Virus record (IMG/VR): IMGVR_UViG_3300044852_000063
Coordinates: 1-64,000 of that record
Reading direction: 5' to 3' (one strand)
Length of the DNA: 64,000 nt
DNA from: a virus
Lineage: Duplodnaviria > Caudoviricetes
Of this stretch, positions 17,780-27,191 are shown piece by piece. The position numbers were made by a program, and so were the translations under genes. The notes beneath the pieces were generated by a model, which ran no database searches, was not told where the DNA came from, and was given only the letters and a program-made list of their open reading frames with translations. Each line of letters opens with the position of its first letter. Positions within the stretch are counted from its first letter, which is position 1.

Positions 17780-18242
17780 CGACCTACTGCCGGAGATCGC
17801 CGCCACGGTGGAACGCTGGAAAGCGCAGAACACCCCGGTGAAACTCCAGGCCGACATCTTCCGCCGGCTGGACAAGGAGCGGGACGTGATCCTGCTCAAG
17901 CTGCTGGGCTTCGACGCCAGCTATGGCGGCTGGAACCTGGACCACTGCAATGGCCGCGCCGGGGAATCCACGGCAGGGCTGTTCCTCAAACAGGTGCAAG
18001 GCGAAGCCATCAAAGACTGGCTGACCCGCACCGTGATGCCAACCCTGACCGATGAACGCCGCGAGTCGATCATGAAAGGCATGGCCCAGCACTACGAATC
18101 CCTGTTCCGTGAAGGCCTGAAGAAGGCCATCGCCGACAAGGCCAAGGCTGACATCGCCGCCGTAATGGACGAGATCGCCAAGTGCAACAACATCGACAAG
18201 TACCTGAAAGTGTTGGGCCTGATCGGCGCCGACCAGGAGTAA
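17757..18242 (+). CDS. hypothetical protein
   Basis: GGAG RBS; WNLDHCNGRAGES motif. Confidence 0.75.
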   Translation: MPLNNPIDDLLPEIAATVERWKAQNTPVKLQADIFRRLDKERDVILLKLLGFDASYGGWNLDHCNGRAGESTAGLFLKQVQGEAIKDWLTRTVMPTLTDERRESIMKGMAQHYESLFREGLKKAIADKAKADIAAVMDEIAKCNNIDKYLKVLGLIGADQE

Positions 18243-18245
18243 ACC

Positions 18246-18719
18246 ATGGGCGATCGTTGCTATGTGGAACTCACCGTGCTCACCGAGCAACTGCCGCAGG
18301 TAATGCACATAACCAAGGTCGAAGACTATGCCCCCTGTGAAACCAGGGAAGAAGACGATGCCACGGTGCTGTGCTTCGAGGAAGTCAACTACGGCACCAT
18401 CCCCTGGCTGGGCCAGCTGACCGACCTGGGCATTGCCTGGGACAGTCGCTGGCACGGCGGTGATGAGTACGGTCCTGGACGTAAACAAACCCGTTTTGCA
18501 CCGGACGGTACAGTACAAGAGTTGGAGTACTGCGACACTGAAGAAGGCGTGATCGACACCAGCAAATTGCTGGAGTTCATGAATACCCTCGGCGTCACAG
18601 TGGACAGTATCCGTAACTACATTCTTGATCATGTCCGCTCATTTGACCCCCTGCCATGGGAGGGTCAGATAGAGTTCGGCAAACGTCACCTGGCCCTCAA
18701 ATTAATAGGTGGAACATGA
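18246..18719 (+). CDS. hypothetical protein
   Basis: AGGAG RBS; MGDR...EEVNYG. Confidence 0.75.
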   Translation: MGDRCYVELTVLTEQLPQVMHITKVEDYAPCETREEDDATVLCFEEVNYGTIPWLGQLTDLGIAWDSRWHGGDEYGPGRKQTRFAPDGTVQELEYCDTEEGVIDTSKLLEFMNTLGVTVDSIRNYILDHVRSFDPLPWEGQIEFGKRHLALKLIGGT

Positions 18720-19846
18720 GCACCATTCCCGACGACATCCTGGCGAAAGCCAAGAAGGCCCTGGACAAAGCCAAGATCGAACTGATCAGCAGCACCAACA
18801 GTGCCTTCATCTCCACCGTGTGCTTCAGCATGAAGTGCCTGTGGCGTGACGACATCCCGACCGCCATGACCAATGGCCGGGCGATCTGGTTCAACCCCTT
18901 CGCCTACCTCAAGCTCACCCCCGGCCAGCAACTCAGCCGCCTGCTGCACGAGACCTGGCACCCGGCACTGTTGCACCTGGACCGGGTCGGTGACCGTGAT
19001 CCACACAAGTGGAACGCGGCCTGTGACTACTTCATCAACCTGATGCTCACCGACGCCGGTTACGAGAAGATCGAGACCTGGCTGTGGGACCCGCAGTACC
19101 GCGGCATGTCGGCCGATGAGATCTACAAACTGCTGCCGTCACCCCCGGAAGGCTGGCCGGACTCTGATGAGAACGACCTCGAGCCACCGCAAGACGAACC
19201 GGAACGGGTCGAGCTGCAATTCCACCTGGACCAGGTGCTGATCCGCGCCGCGGTGCAGTCGAAGATGGCCGGTGACGCTCCTGGGACCATCCCGGGCTCG
19301 GTGCAGACCTACCTGGACAAGCTGCTCAACCCGATCCTGCCGTGGAACCGCATCTTGCTCAAGCACATGCACGGCTTGAACAAGAACGACTACAGCTGGA
19401 AAAAGCCCAACCGGCGGTTCTTCCCAGAGCACCACCTGCCGAGCTTGCACAGTGACTCACTGGACGAGATCGCTACGTTCGTCGACATCTCGGGTTCGGT
19501 CAGTGACCAGGACTTCACGCAGACCGTCAGCGAAACCCACGCGATCATCCGCCAGTTCCGCCCTCGGCTGATTCACTTTGGCCAGTTCGACACGCGCATC
19601 GTCTCGATGACCAAGATCAAGACCGTCAAGGAGCTGCTCGACACTCCGTTCCACGGGCGTGGCGGCACCATCATCCGGCCGGTGATCGAGTGGATCAAAG
19701 AGAACAAGCCGAAGCTGACCCTGATCTTCAGTGATGGCGGTTTCCGCCACCATGACGAAGACCCAGGCACGCCGATCATCTGGCTGATCCACAACAACCC
19801 CACCTGGACCGCGCCCTACGGCAAGGTCATTCACTACGACATGTAG
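18716..19846 (+). CDS. metallopeptidase-like/vWA domain protein (N4 gp25-like)
   Basis: HETWH zincin motif, MIDAS DISGS, GRGGT, FSDG. Confidence 0.9.
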   Translation: MSTIPDDILAKAKKALDKAKIELISSTNSAFISTVCFSMKCLWRDDIPTAMTNGRAIWFNPFAYLKLTPGQQLSRLLHETWHPALLHLDRVGDRDPHKWNAACDYFINLMLTDAGYEKIETWLWDPQYRGMSADEIYKLLPSPPEGWPDSDENDLEPPQDEPERVELQFHLDQVLIRAAVQSKMAGDAPGTIPGSVQTYLDKLLNPILPWNRILLKHMHGLNKNDYSWKKPNRRFFPEHHLPSLHSDSLDEIATFVDISGSVSDQDFTQTVSETHAIIRQFRPRLIHFGQFDTRIVSMTKIKTVKELLDTPFHGRGGTIIRPVIEWIKENKPKLTLIFSDGGFRHHDEDPGTPIIWLIHNNPTWTAPYGKVIHYDM

Positions 19847-19857
19847 GAAGCGAAACC

Positions 19858-21114
19858 ATGAGCTTTGACCCCAACATCGTTCTGTCGGAAGACCAGCAAA
19901 AAGCCTTCGAGGACTTTGTTGGTTTCATGCTTGACCCGCACCAGTATGTGTTCGTGCTGTCCGGATACTCCGGCACCGGCAAGAGCACCCTGGTGCATTA
20001 CCTGATCGAGAAGCTGGGCCAGATTTTCAAAACGGCCAAGCTGATCGATCCGAATGCCCGTGACTGGGACGTGCAGCTCACTGCCACCACCAACCAGGCG
20101 GCCGATGCCCTGGCCTACCTCAGTGGCATGGACGTGCGCACCATTCACAGCTTCTTGGGTCTGCGGGTCGAGACCAATTACCGCACCCAGGAAACCACGC
20201 TGATCCCCCGTGATCGCAACGACATCAAGGAGGGCTACCTGCTCTTCGTCGATGAAGCCAGCAAGTGCGACACCTTGCTGCTGGGGATGATTTTCCAGCT
20301 GACCAACAAGTGCAAGATCGTGCTGATGGGCGACAAGGCCCAGCTGTTGCAAGTCAAGTCGGCCACCGCCCCAGCCTTTGAGGCAGGCTTCCCCGGTGCG
20401 CACCTGTCCAAGGTCATGCGTCAGGCCGAAGGCAGCCCGATCATGGCCATGGCCACTTCGTTCCGCAACACGGTCGAGACCGGCGTCTGGGAGCAGTTCG
20501 TGCCGGACGGTCACCATGTGCAGTGGCTGAGCCGCGAGCACTTCGAGGACCAGATCCGCGCCGAGTTCACCCGGCCGGACTGGAGCTGCCGTGACTCCAA
20601 GGTGCTGGCCTGGACCAACAAGACGGTGATCGCCTACAACCAGGCGATTCGTGACCTGGTGCACGGTGATCCGGAACTGAAGGTCGACGACTTCGCCGTG
20701 TGCAACAAGTACATGAAGTCCGGGGCGTTCAGCATTCCCACCGACAAGATCGTGTTGATCAGCGACATCGGCCCGGACATCGAGCAGCACGGGGTGATCG
20801 GCAACATGATCGAGGTCGAGCACCGCGCCAGCTTCTTCATGCCCAAGCGTCTGGAGGACCGCAAGGCCCTGCTGAAGTACGCGCAAGACCATGAGCAGTT
20901 CGACCTGGTGGCGCACATCGAGACCTTCTGGATCGACCTGCGCGCAGCCTTCGCCTGCACCATCGACAAATCCCAGGGCTCGACCTACGACACGGTGTTC
21001 ATCGACCTAGATGACCTGCGCCGTTGCACCAACGGCAACACCCTGGCCCGCCTGATGTACGTCGGCACCAGCCGCGCCCGTCACTTCGTCAAATTCACCG
21101 GAGATCTCGCATGA
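19858..21114 (+). CDS. SF1B (Dda/RecD-like) DNA helicase (N4 gp37-like)
   Basis: GYSGTGKS, VDEAS, GDKAQL, TIDKSQGSTY, YVGTSRA. Confidence 0.93.
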   Translation: MSFDPNIVLSEDQQKAFEDFVGFMLDPHQYVFVLSGYSGTGKSTLVHYLIEKLGQIFKTAKLIDPNARDWDVQLTATTNQAADALAYLSGMDVRTIHSFLGLRVETNYRTQETTLIPRDRNDIKEGYLLFVDEASKCDTLLLGMIFQLTNKCKIVLMGDKAQLLQVKSATAPAFEAGFPGAHLSKVMRQAEGSPIMAMATSFRNTVETGVWEQFVPDGHHVQWLSREHFEDQIRAEFTRPDWSCRDSKVLAWTNKTVIAYNQAIRDLVHGDPELKVDDFAVCNKYMKSGAFSIPTDKIVLISDIGPDIEQHGVIGNMIEVEHRASFFMPKRLEDRKALLKYAQDHEQFDLVAHIETFWIDLRAAFACTIDKSQGSTYDTVFIDLDDLRRCTNGNTLARLMYVGTSRARHFVKFTGDLA

Positions 21115-21512
21115 CCGAAGGCCATCCAGACATTCCGCCCATTTGCCCGTACTGCTCAAACCAGTCCGTGCAAGTGGGTGGGCTGAAGCTGTACCCGCAC
21201 CGTGAAGACCTGGCCAGCAAGACCTTCTACCTGTGCGAGCCGTGCGATGCGTTTGTTGGCACGCACAAGGGCACCAACAAGCCCTTGGGCACCCTGGCCA
21301 ACAAACCGCTACGGGAAATCCGTAAACTCGCCCACGCCACCTTCGATCCCCTGTGGAAAGACGGCCAGTATGGGCGCGGCGAGGCTTACAGACGCCTGGC
21401 CAAGGCCATGGGAATTACCCGGGAAGATTGCCACATTGCCATGTTCTCTATTGAACAGTGCAAGTCGGTGATTCAAGTGGTTAATTCCAATGAAATTCAC
21501 CGTTTAATTTAG
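21111..21512 (+). CDS. DUF3268-like zinc-finger protein
   Basis: CPYC...CEPCDAFVGTH...PLGTLA...CHIAMF. Confidence 0.8.
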   Translation: MTEGHPDIPPICPYCSNQSVQVGGLKLYPHREDLASKTFYLCEPCDAFVGTHKGTNKPLGTLANKPLREIRKLAHATFDPLWKDGQYGRGEAYRRLAKAMGITREDCHIAMFSIEQCKSVIQVVNSNEIHRLI

Positions 21513-21523
21513 TTGGAGCGCCC

Positions 21524-22039
21524 ATGGACAGTCAGCATGACCCCAGAACTAAGCAACAACTGAAGGATATGCTGTACCACTACCTGTATGACCCGGTAGA
21601 GCGGCGCTTCAAAGAGCGACTGGACAGTATTATCCGCGCCAATTCCATTGCTGTGCACTCAGGCTATGACTGTTTCAGTTACAAGAGCAAAGTGTACATG
21701 ATGGACGAGCGTTACTTGCCACCTAGACAGCCACCCCGGCTGGATAAGTCGCTAGTACCAACCATGGACCTATACTTGGCCGAATTGGCTGAGGTCAACG
21801 ACAAGGAAATGCCCTTTGTACTGGGGTTCATTACCCAAGTCCTGAACTCAAGCGACAACTTGCACGACTATATCCGGGCACTACCGCCTTCAGTGCATAA
21901 ACCACTGAAGGATATTATTGCTCAGTGTGGTTGTAAGACCGCTTCACTGTCTGAACTGGAGTTGCAGAACTTGTTAATCCGCAACACCGCGTCTATTAAC
22001 CTGATGAAACAGCGCATGGTCCTGAACTTGTTGCTGTAA
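21524..22039 (+). CDS. N4 gp38-like hypothetical protein
   Basis: Position between helicase and polymerase; GGAG RBS. Confidence 0.75.
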   Translation: MDSQHDPRTKQQLKDMLYHYLYDPVERRFKERLDSIIRANSIAVHSGYDCFSYKSKVYMMDERYLPPRQPPRLDKSLVPTMDLYLAELAEVNDKEMPFVLGFITQVLNSSDNLHDYIRALPPSVHKPLKDIIAQCGCKTASLSELELQNLLIRNTASINLMKQRMVLNLLL

Positions 22040-22048
22040 GGAGCTTTA

Positions 22049-24724
22049 ATGCGGCATATCATCTTTCAAGAGGCGGACACTTACCCAGTCGCCGTGCTGA
22101 CTAAGACTTCCAGCTTCAACAAGATGGAGTTGCAGCGCAACTATGTGCAGCCCCTGGTGCAGTTAGGCTTGAGTGTGCCAGACATGATCGGCTTCAACCT
22201 CAAGTACGACGACGCCGGCAAGGCACCGGTGGGCTTCATCAAGAAGTACCTCACCGAGCAACTGCTGCCGGCGCTGGACGGGATCAAAACCCAGTTCCTC
22301 TACGTCTGCGACAGTGCCTATTTCAAGGTGCTGGCCGGGGTCACCAAGTCCGAACCGCACTATGGCTACTGCCTGCCGGTGAAGCTCAAGGGCTACGAGC
22401 ACATGCAGGTGGTATTGGGCCTGAACTACCAGGCGCTGATCTACAACCCGGACCTGCAAGGCAAGCTCGACATGAGCCTGTCCTGCCTGGCCCGGACGAT
22501 TCAAGGCACGCACACCGCGCTCGGCGCCGGGATCATCCATTCGGCGTCCTACCCTGAGAGCCTGTCAGACATCGCCAAGGCCCTCGAGTCGCTGCACCAG
22601 TACCCTGAACTGGTGTGCGACCTGGAAGCCTTCAGCCTGCGCTTCAACGAGGCTGGTATCGGCTCGATAGGCTTCGCCTGGGATCAGCACAATGGGCTGG
22701 CCTTCGCCTGTGATTACCGCCCCAACGGGGTGGAAAACACCGAGGGGGCGAAGAACTTCGACTACGGCTTCCAGCACCTGAATAAGGAGGTGCGCGCCCT
22801 GCTGCTGAAGTTCTTCGAGACCTACGAAGGCACCCTGACCTTCCACAACGCCACCTTCGACATCAAGCTGCTGATCTACGGCCTGTGGATGAAGCATGCC
22901 TTGGACATGGAAGGACTGCTCACTGGCTTGCACCGCATGTGCCGCAGCTTCCACGACACCAAGATCATTGCCTACCTGGCCACCAACTCGACCGCTGGCA
23001 ACGTGCTGGGCCTCAAGGCCCTGGCGCATGAGTTCGCCGGCAACTGGGCGGTGGAGGACATTAAGGACATCCGCAAGATCCCGTTGCCGCAGCTGTTGCA
23101 GTACAACCTGGTGGACTGCCTCTCGACCTGGTACGTGAAAAACAAGTACTACCCGATCATGGTCGACGACCGTCAGGAAGAGCTGTATTTCAGCCTGATG
23201 TTGCCGAGCCAGAAGCTGATCACCCAGATCGAGCTGACCGGCATGCCGATGGACGCTTCCGTCATCCAGCGCGTCAAGGACGAGCTGACCAAGGAAGCGG
23301 GCAAGCACTTCGACATCGTGATGAACCACCCGCTGATCGCCCAGCTCAACCTCATCGTGCAAACCAAGGCGATGAACGATGCCAATGCCAAGCTGAAGAC
23401 CAAACAGCACCCGCTGTCAGTGTTCAACACCCCGGGCACCCCGCATTACAAGAGCTTCAACCCGGGCAGTGGCAAACAGCTCCAGGTCCTGCTGTACGAC
23501 CTGATGGGCCTGCCGATCATCGACACCACCGACAAGGGGGCGCCGGCAACGGGTGGGGAAACCCTGGACAAGCTGATCAACCACAGCAACGACCCGGGGG
23601 TGAAGCTGGTCCTGGGTTCGCTGATCACCTTCGGCAAAATCCAGAAGATCCTCTCGGCGTTTATCCCGGCGTTCGAGCGGGCCTTGGCCAAAGCCGATGG
23701 CATGGTCTACCTGCACGGGTCGTTCAACTTGGGCGGCACGGTCTCCGGCCGCCTGAGTTCCAGCGACCCGAACATGCAGAACATCCCGGCCAACTCGACC
23801 TACGCCAAGCTGATCAAGATGTGCTTCATGGCGGCCATGGGCTGGCTGTTCGTCGGTGCCGACTTCGCGTCACTGGAAGACCGCATCAACGCCCTGCTGA
23901 CCAAGGACCCGGCAAAACTCAAGGTGTACACCGACGGCTACGACGGTCACGCACTGCGGGCGTTTGCCTACTTCGGTGACGACATGCCGGGCATCGTGGA
24001 AACCGTCGAGTCGATCAACTCCATTGCGGAGAAGAGCTCGCCGTTTTACTACCTGCGCCAGGACAGCAAGTCACCGACCTTTGCCCTGACCTATCAAGGC
24101 ACCTACCGCACCCTGATGACCAACCTCGGCTGGTCAAAAGAGAAGGCCATGAAGGTCGAAGCCAACTACATGAAGCTGTATGCCGTGTCCATGCAGTGGG
24201 TGAAGGACAAGATCGCGCAAGCGGCGAAGGACGGTTACGCGGAAGCGGCATTTGGCCTGCGCATCCGCACCCCGCTGCTGAAACAGACCTACCTGGGCAT
24301 GGGCAAGGCCACGCCATCGGCAGCCGAAGCCGAAGGCCGCACCTTGGGCAACGCCATCTCTGGGCAGTCCTACGGGCTGCTCAACAACCGTGCTGCCGTG
24401 GCCTTCATGGAACTGGTGTGGGCGCATGAGGAATACCGTTACCTGATCAAACCAGTGGCGCTGATTCACGACGCCATTTACCTGGTGATCAAGGACGACC
24501 CGGCCATCGTCGAGTGGGTGAACATCCACTTGCCGAAGGAAATGAGCTGGCAACAGCTGCCGGAGATCCAGCACGACCAGGTGAAGTTGGGCGCCGAGCT
24601 CGACATCTACTGGCCGGACTGGGCCAACCCCATGACCCTGCCGAACAACGCGACCCAAGCGCAGATCATCGAGCTGTGCGGGAAGCATCACGCCAAACTG
24701 GAAGAGAAGAAGAAAGCCGCATGA
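22049..24724 (+). CDS. DNA polymerase, family A (N4 gp39-like)
   Basis: Exonuclease DLE and HNATFD; TVSGRLSS; ADFASLEDRI; KSPTFALTYQG; IHDA. Confidence 0.97.
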   Translation: MRHIIFQEADTYPVAVLTKTSSFNKMELQRNYVQPLVQLGLSVPDMIGFNLKYDDAGKAPVGFIKKYLTEQLLPALDGIKTQFLYVCDSAYFKVLAGVTKSEPHYGYCLPVKLKGYEHMQVVLGLNYQALIYNPDLQGKLDMSLSCLARTIQGTHTALGAGIIHSASYPESLSDIAKALESLHQYPELVCDLEAFSLRFNEAGIGSIGFAWDQHNGLAFACDYRPNGVENTEGAKNFDYGFQHLNKEVRALLLKFFETYEGTLTFHNATFDIKLLIYGLWMKHALDMEGLLTGLHRMCRSFHDTKIIAYLATNSTAGNVLGLKALAHEFAGNWAVEDIKDIRKIPLPQLLQYNLVDCLSTWYVKNKYYPIMVDDRQEELYFSLMLPSQKLITQIELTGMPMDASVIQRVKDELTKEAGKHFDIVMNHPLIAQLNLIVQTKAMNDANAKLKTKQHPLSVFNTPGTPHYKSFNPGSGKQLQVLLYDLMGLPIIDTTDKGAPATGGETLDKLINHSNDPGVKLVLGSLITFGKIQKILSAFIPAFERALAKADGMVYLHGSFNLGGTVSGRLSSSDPNMQNIPANSTYAKLIKMCFMAAMGWLFVGADFASLEDRINALLTKDPAKLKVYTDGYDGHALRAFAYFGDDMPGIVETVESINSIAEKSSPFYYLRQDSKSPTFALTYQGTYRTLMTNLGWSKEKAMKVEANYMKLYAVSMQWVKDKIAQAAKDGYAEAAFGLRIRTPLLKQTYLGMGKATPSAAEAEGRTLGNAISGQSYGLLNNRAAVAFMELVWAHEEYRYLIKPVALIHDAIYLVIKDDPAIVEWVNIHLPKEMSWQQLPEIQHDQVKLGAELDIYWPDWANPMTLPNNATQAQIIELCGKHHAKLEEKKKAA

Positions 24725-25014
24725 AAAAGTCCTTCACGGTCAGGTCGGAGCAGTCCGGTCGGGTGGTCCGCATCAAAGTCTGCAAGATCTGGCGCGATTA
24801 CATCGACACGGTAAACCAGTTCGATGACCTGACCCTGGAGGAACGGGCCAAGATCATCGCCGATACCTTGATCCACGATCCTGACCATTGGAAAACCTGG
24901 TTTCAGGAACACATTGCACATGACTGGGCCTACATCCTGACCATCGGCAAGGTGGTCAAGGAAGCAAAGTCCAAGCGCGTGCGTCAAATCATCCGTTACT
25001 GGGAATTGTCATGA
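24721..25014 (+). CDS. hypothetical protein
   Basis: ATGA overlap with the polymerase stop. Confidence 0.65.
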   Translation: MKKSFTVRSEQSGRVVRIKVCKIWRDYIDTVNQFDDLTLEERAKIIADTLIHDPDHWKTWFQEHIAHDWAYILTIGKVVKEAKSKRVRQIIRYWELS

Positions 25015-25220
25015 GTACATCCGCCAGCGTTCGCGTCACCCTGCAAGTGGAAGTTTCCGTCGGCAGCTGGGGTGATACGGCATCGTTTGCCACCTTGCGT
25101 GACCAAGCGATCCGTGAAGCCACCAACCTGCTGCGGGACCATTTGGCCAAGCGTTCGGATTGCCGCATCGTCGGCGATCCAGTGGCCATGCACGTTGTCT
25201 TGAAAGGAGACGTGCAATGA
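25011..25220 (+). CDS. hypothetical protein
   Basis: ATGA-coupled 69-aa ORF. Confidence 0.65.
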   Translation: MSTSASVRVTLQVEVSVGSWGDTASFATLRDQAIREATNLLRDHLAKRSDCRIVGDPVAMHVVLKGDVQ

Positions 25221-25447
25221 CTCTGTTGACCAAAAACCAGGTGGTCTCCACCCCCTATGGCCTGGGCAAGGTCGTTGGTTTCGAGCGCTTCGACGGTTCC
25301 ACCGGACGCAGCATCGAGCTGGCTGAGCAAGACACCCCCGGCAGTAACAGCCGGGTGGTGGTGCAGCTGGACGTGCCGTCCATGTGGTCGCTGCACGAAC
25401 ACGGCAACCCGTACTTCGCCCGTCACCGGGTACAACCTGTGGAGTAA
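25217..25447 (+). CDS. hypothetical protein
   Basis: AAGGAG RBS; ATG 25217. Confidence 0.65.
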   Translation: MTLLTKNQVVSTPYGLGKVVGFERFDGSTGRSIELAEQDTPGSNSRVVVQLDVPSMWSLHEHGNPYFARHRVQPVE

Positions 25448-25450
25448 ACC

Positions 25451-26062
25451 ATGGACCAGCACACCTTCCGGCAGCTGTACGAGCTCCAGTGGTCGACACC
25501 GAAGATCAAGTTCGGCCACACCGCTGCCCAGCTGGTCACGGCGCCGAAAGGTGCGGTGTACATCTGGGTCCAGGCCTATGACCGCTATGTGAAAGACCTG
25601 GCCAGGGTGCTGGATCGCCGAGACCTGATCATTGCCCCACCTACATACCTGCGCTTTGGCCAGCGGGGTGGGGCGGTGATCATTCTCGACCATGCAGTGC
25701 GCCTCAGTGCCGAACAGTTCATGAATTACCAGCACATGATGGAAAGCCCTCGGGAGATCTATGCACCTCAACCCCCTCAAAGAGAAATATCACCCCCTGT
25801 ACTGGGATTTCGCCTATTCAGCGGAAAGCCAGACGACGGCGCAACGGGAAAAGGTGGGCTGCGTCATCGTTACTCGCCATGGTTTGATTATCCCTGGCTG
25901 GAACGGGACGCCCCCGGGCCACCACACGAACTGCTGCGAGACGACCTGGATCGAGAGCGAGCAGAGATTCAAAACGGATCGCTGCGTCCTGCACGCGGAG
26001 AACAACGCGATCGGCAAAGCGACCCGAGCGGGTGTTTCCCTCGAGGGCGCCCATTTATTTAG
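25451..26062 (+). CDS. hypothetical protein (3' half overlaps the dCMP deaminase gene)
   Basis: GGAG RBS; first about 100 aa globular-looking. Confidence 0.6.
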   Translation: MDQHTFRQLYELQWSTPKIKFGHTAAQLVTAPKGAVYIWVQAYDRYVKDLARVLDRRDLIIAPPTYLRFGQRGGAVIILDHAVRLSAEQFMNYQHMMESPREIYAPQPPQREISPPVLGFRLFSGKPDDGATGKGGLRHRYSPWFDYPWLERDAPGPPHELLRDDLDRERAEIQNGSLRPARGEQRDRQSDPSGCFPRGRPFI

Positions 26063-26246
26063 CACGGTGTCACCGTGTGATCCGTGCTCGCGGCAGATCA
26101 TCCCTTCGGGGATTGCTGTGGTGCATTTCGATCGGCCGCATGACGACCTGACCGGAATAGAAACCCTGATGGCGGCCGGCATTGCCGTGACCAGCCGAAC
26201 CTTCAACCTACACACCCTGATGGAGCTTCGCCAATGCCCCTCGTAA
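25761..26246 (+). CDS. dCMP deaminase
   Basis: KVGCVI, GWNGTP, HAENNAI, SPCDPC. Confidence 0.9.
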   Translation: MHLNPLKEKYHPLYWDFAYSAESQTTAQREKVGCVIVTRHGLIIPGWNGTPPGHHTNCCETTWIESEQRFKTDRCVLHAENNAIGKATRAGVSLEGAHLFSTVSPCDPCSRQIIPSGIAVVHFDRPHDDLTGIETLMAAGIAVTSRTFNLHTLMELRQCPS

Positions 26247-26686
26247 TCCAACCTGACTTCAGTGCCCTGAACGTGGCCAAGCTGTTGATCCTGCGCACCT
26301 ACTGGCGCTGGAACGACAGTCCCCTGGCCGATGCCGAACACACCCAGACCGAAGTGAACGCCTACTGGGACGAGCTGTACGACGACCTGCAAGACGCTCG
26401 CTACGACACCCGTCACCAGGGCACCCGGGTCAGCTCGGCGGACGTGCCGGAGCGCATCCACTTCAGCTGGTCACGCAACTACGAAGTGGACACCCATGTG
26501 ATCCACCTCGATGACAAGCGCGGCCTGGCCTTCAACTACGTCACCGGCGGCGGCAAGCACGGCGATCCGGATAGCTACCCTTGGTGGCAGGAAGCCTGGT
26601 TTGTCACCTGCACCGGCTCTGAAACCGTGTCGGTGACTACCTACTCCTACAAGGACATTCCGGATGAGCCAGCTAAACCTGAGTGA
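26234..26686 (+). CDS. hypothetical protein
   Basis: GGAG RBS; SRNYE...GGGKHGDP motif. Confidence 0.75.
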   Translation: MPLVIQPDFSALNVAKLLILRTYWRWNDSPLADAEHTQTEVNAYWDELYDDLQDARYDTRHQGTRVSSADVPERIHFSWSRNYEVDTHVIHLDDKRGLAFNYVTGGGKHGDPDSYPWWQEAWFVTCTGSETVSVTTYSYKDIPDEPAKPE

Positions 26687-26996
26687 ACCGACCCGCTTTG
26701 AGGCCTTCAAGGCGCATGCCCACTCCAACATGGAGGCCTACAACAAAGAGCTGCACGGCGACGGGACTTGGTCCTACGTCGAGCAGGTCAAGCAGTTGGA
26801 AAGCCTGGCCAACAACATGAACGGGCGCATGCTGATCTACCTGTTCGGCGAGCACATCGGCAGTCACCTGGGCGAGAAGTTCCACGGTGAATGTCGGGGC
26901 AACCTGTTGTATTTCTTGCGCCAACTCACCAGTGAGTACCGCTTTTTCATCCTCTACGAGCTGAAGAACAACAAAGTGTTGTTTGCTCACTGCTAA
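26664..26996 (+). CDS. hypothetical protein
   Basis: AAGGA RBS. Confidence 0.7.
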   Translation: MSQLNLSEPTRFEAFKAHAHSNMEAYNKELHGDGTWSYVEQVKQLESLANNMNGRMLIYLFGEHIGSHLGEKFHGECRGNLLYFLRQLTSEYRFFILYELKNNKVLFAHC

Positions 26997-27008
26997 AGGA
27001 AACCACGT

Positions 27009-27191
27009 ATGGAAGACACCCTCGAAGTAGTGGTGATTGACGGCCGTGTGCGCTGTATCTACCTCAATGACTACCGCATTGTGGGCAGTAAGCCATACGT
27101 GTCTGAGCAGCAGACCGTCACCAAATTCACCGTTCCCAATGGCGCGATCCGTGCCCAACTGAAACGTAAATCACGAGTGAAAACCCCATGA
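27009..27191 (+). CDS. hypothetical protein
   Basis: AAGGA RBS; YLNDYRIVGSKP. Confidence 0.65.
   Translation: MEDTLEVVVIDGRVRCIYLNDYRIVGSKPYVSEQQTVTKFTVPNGAIRAQLKRKSRVKTP

Noticed and set aside
22049-24724. Intein or intron in the DNA polymerase (also checked nrdJ and thyA)
   Set aside because: Reading frames are continuous and of normal length, with no splice or homing-endonuclease motifs seen.
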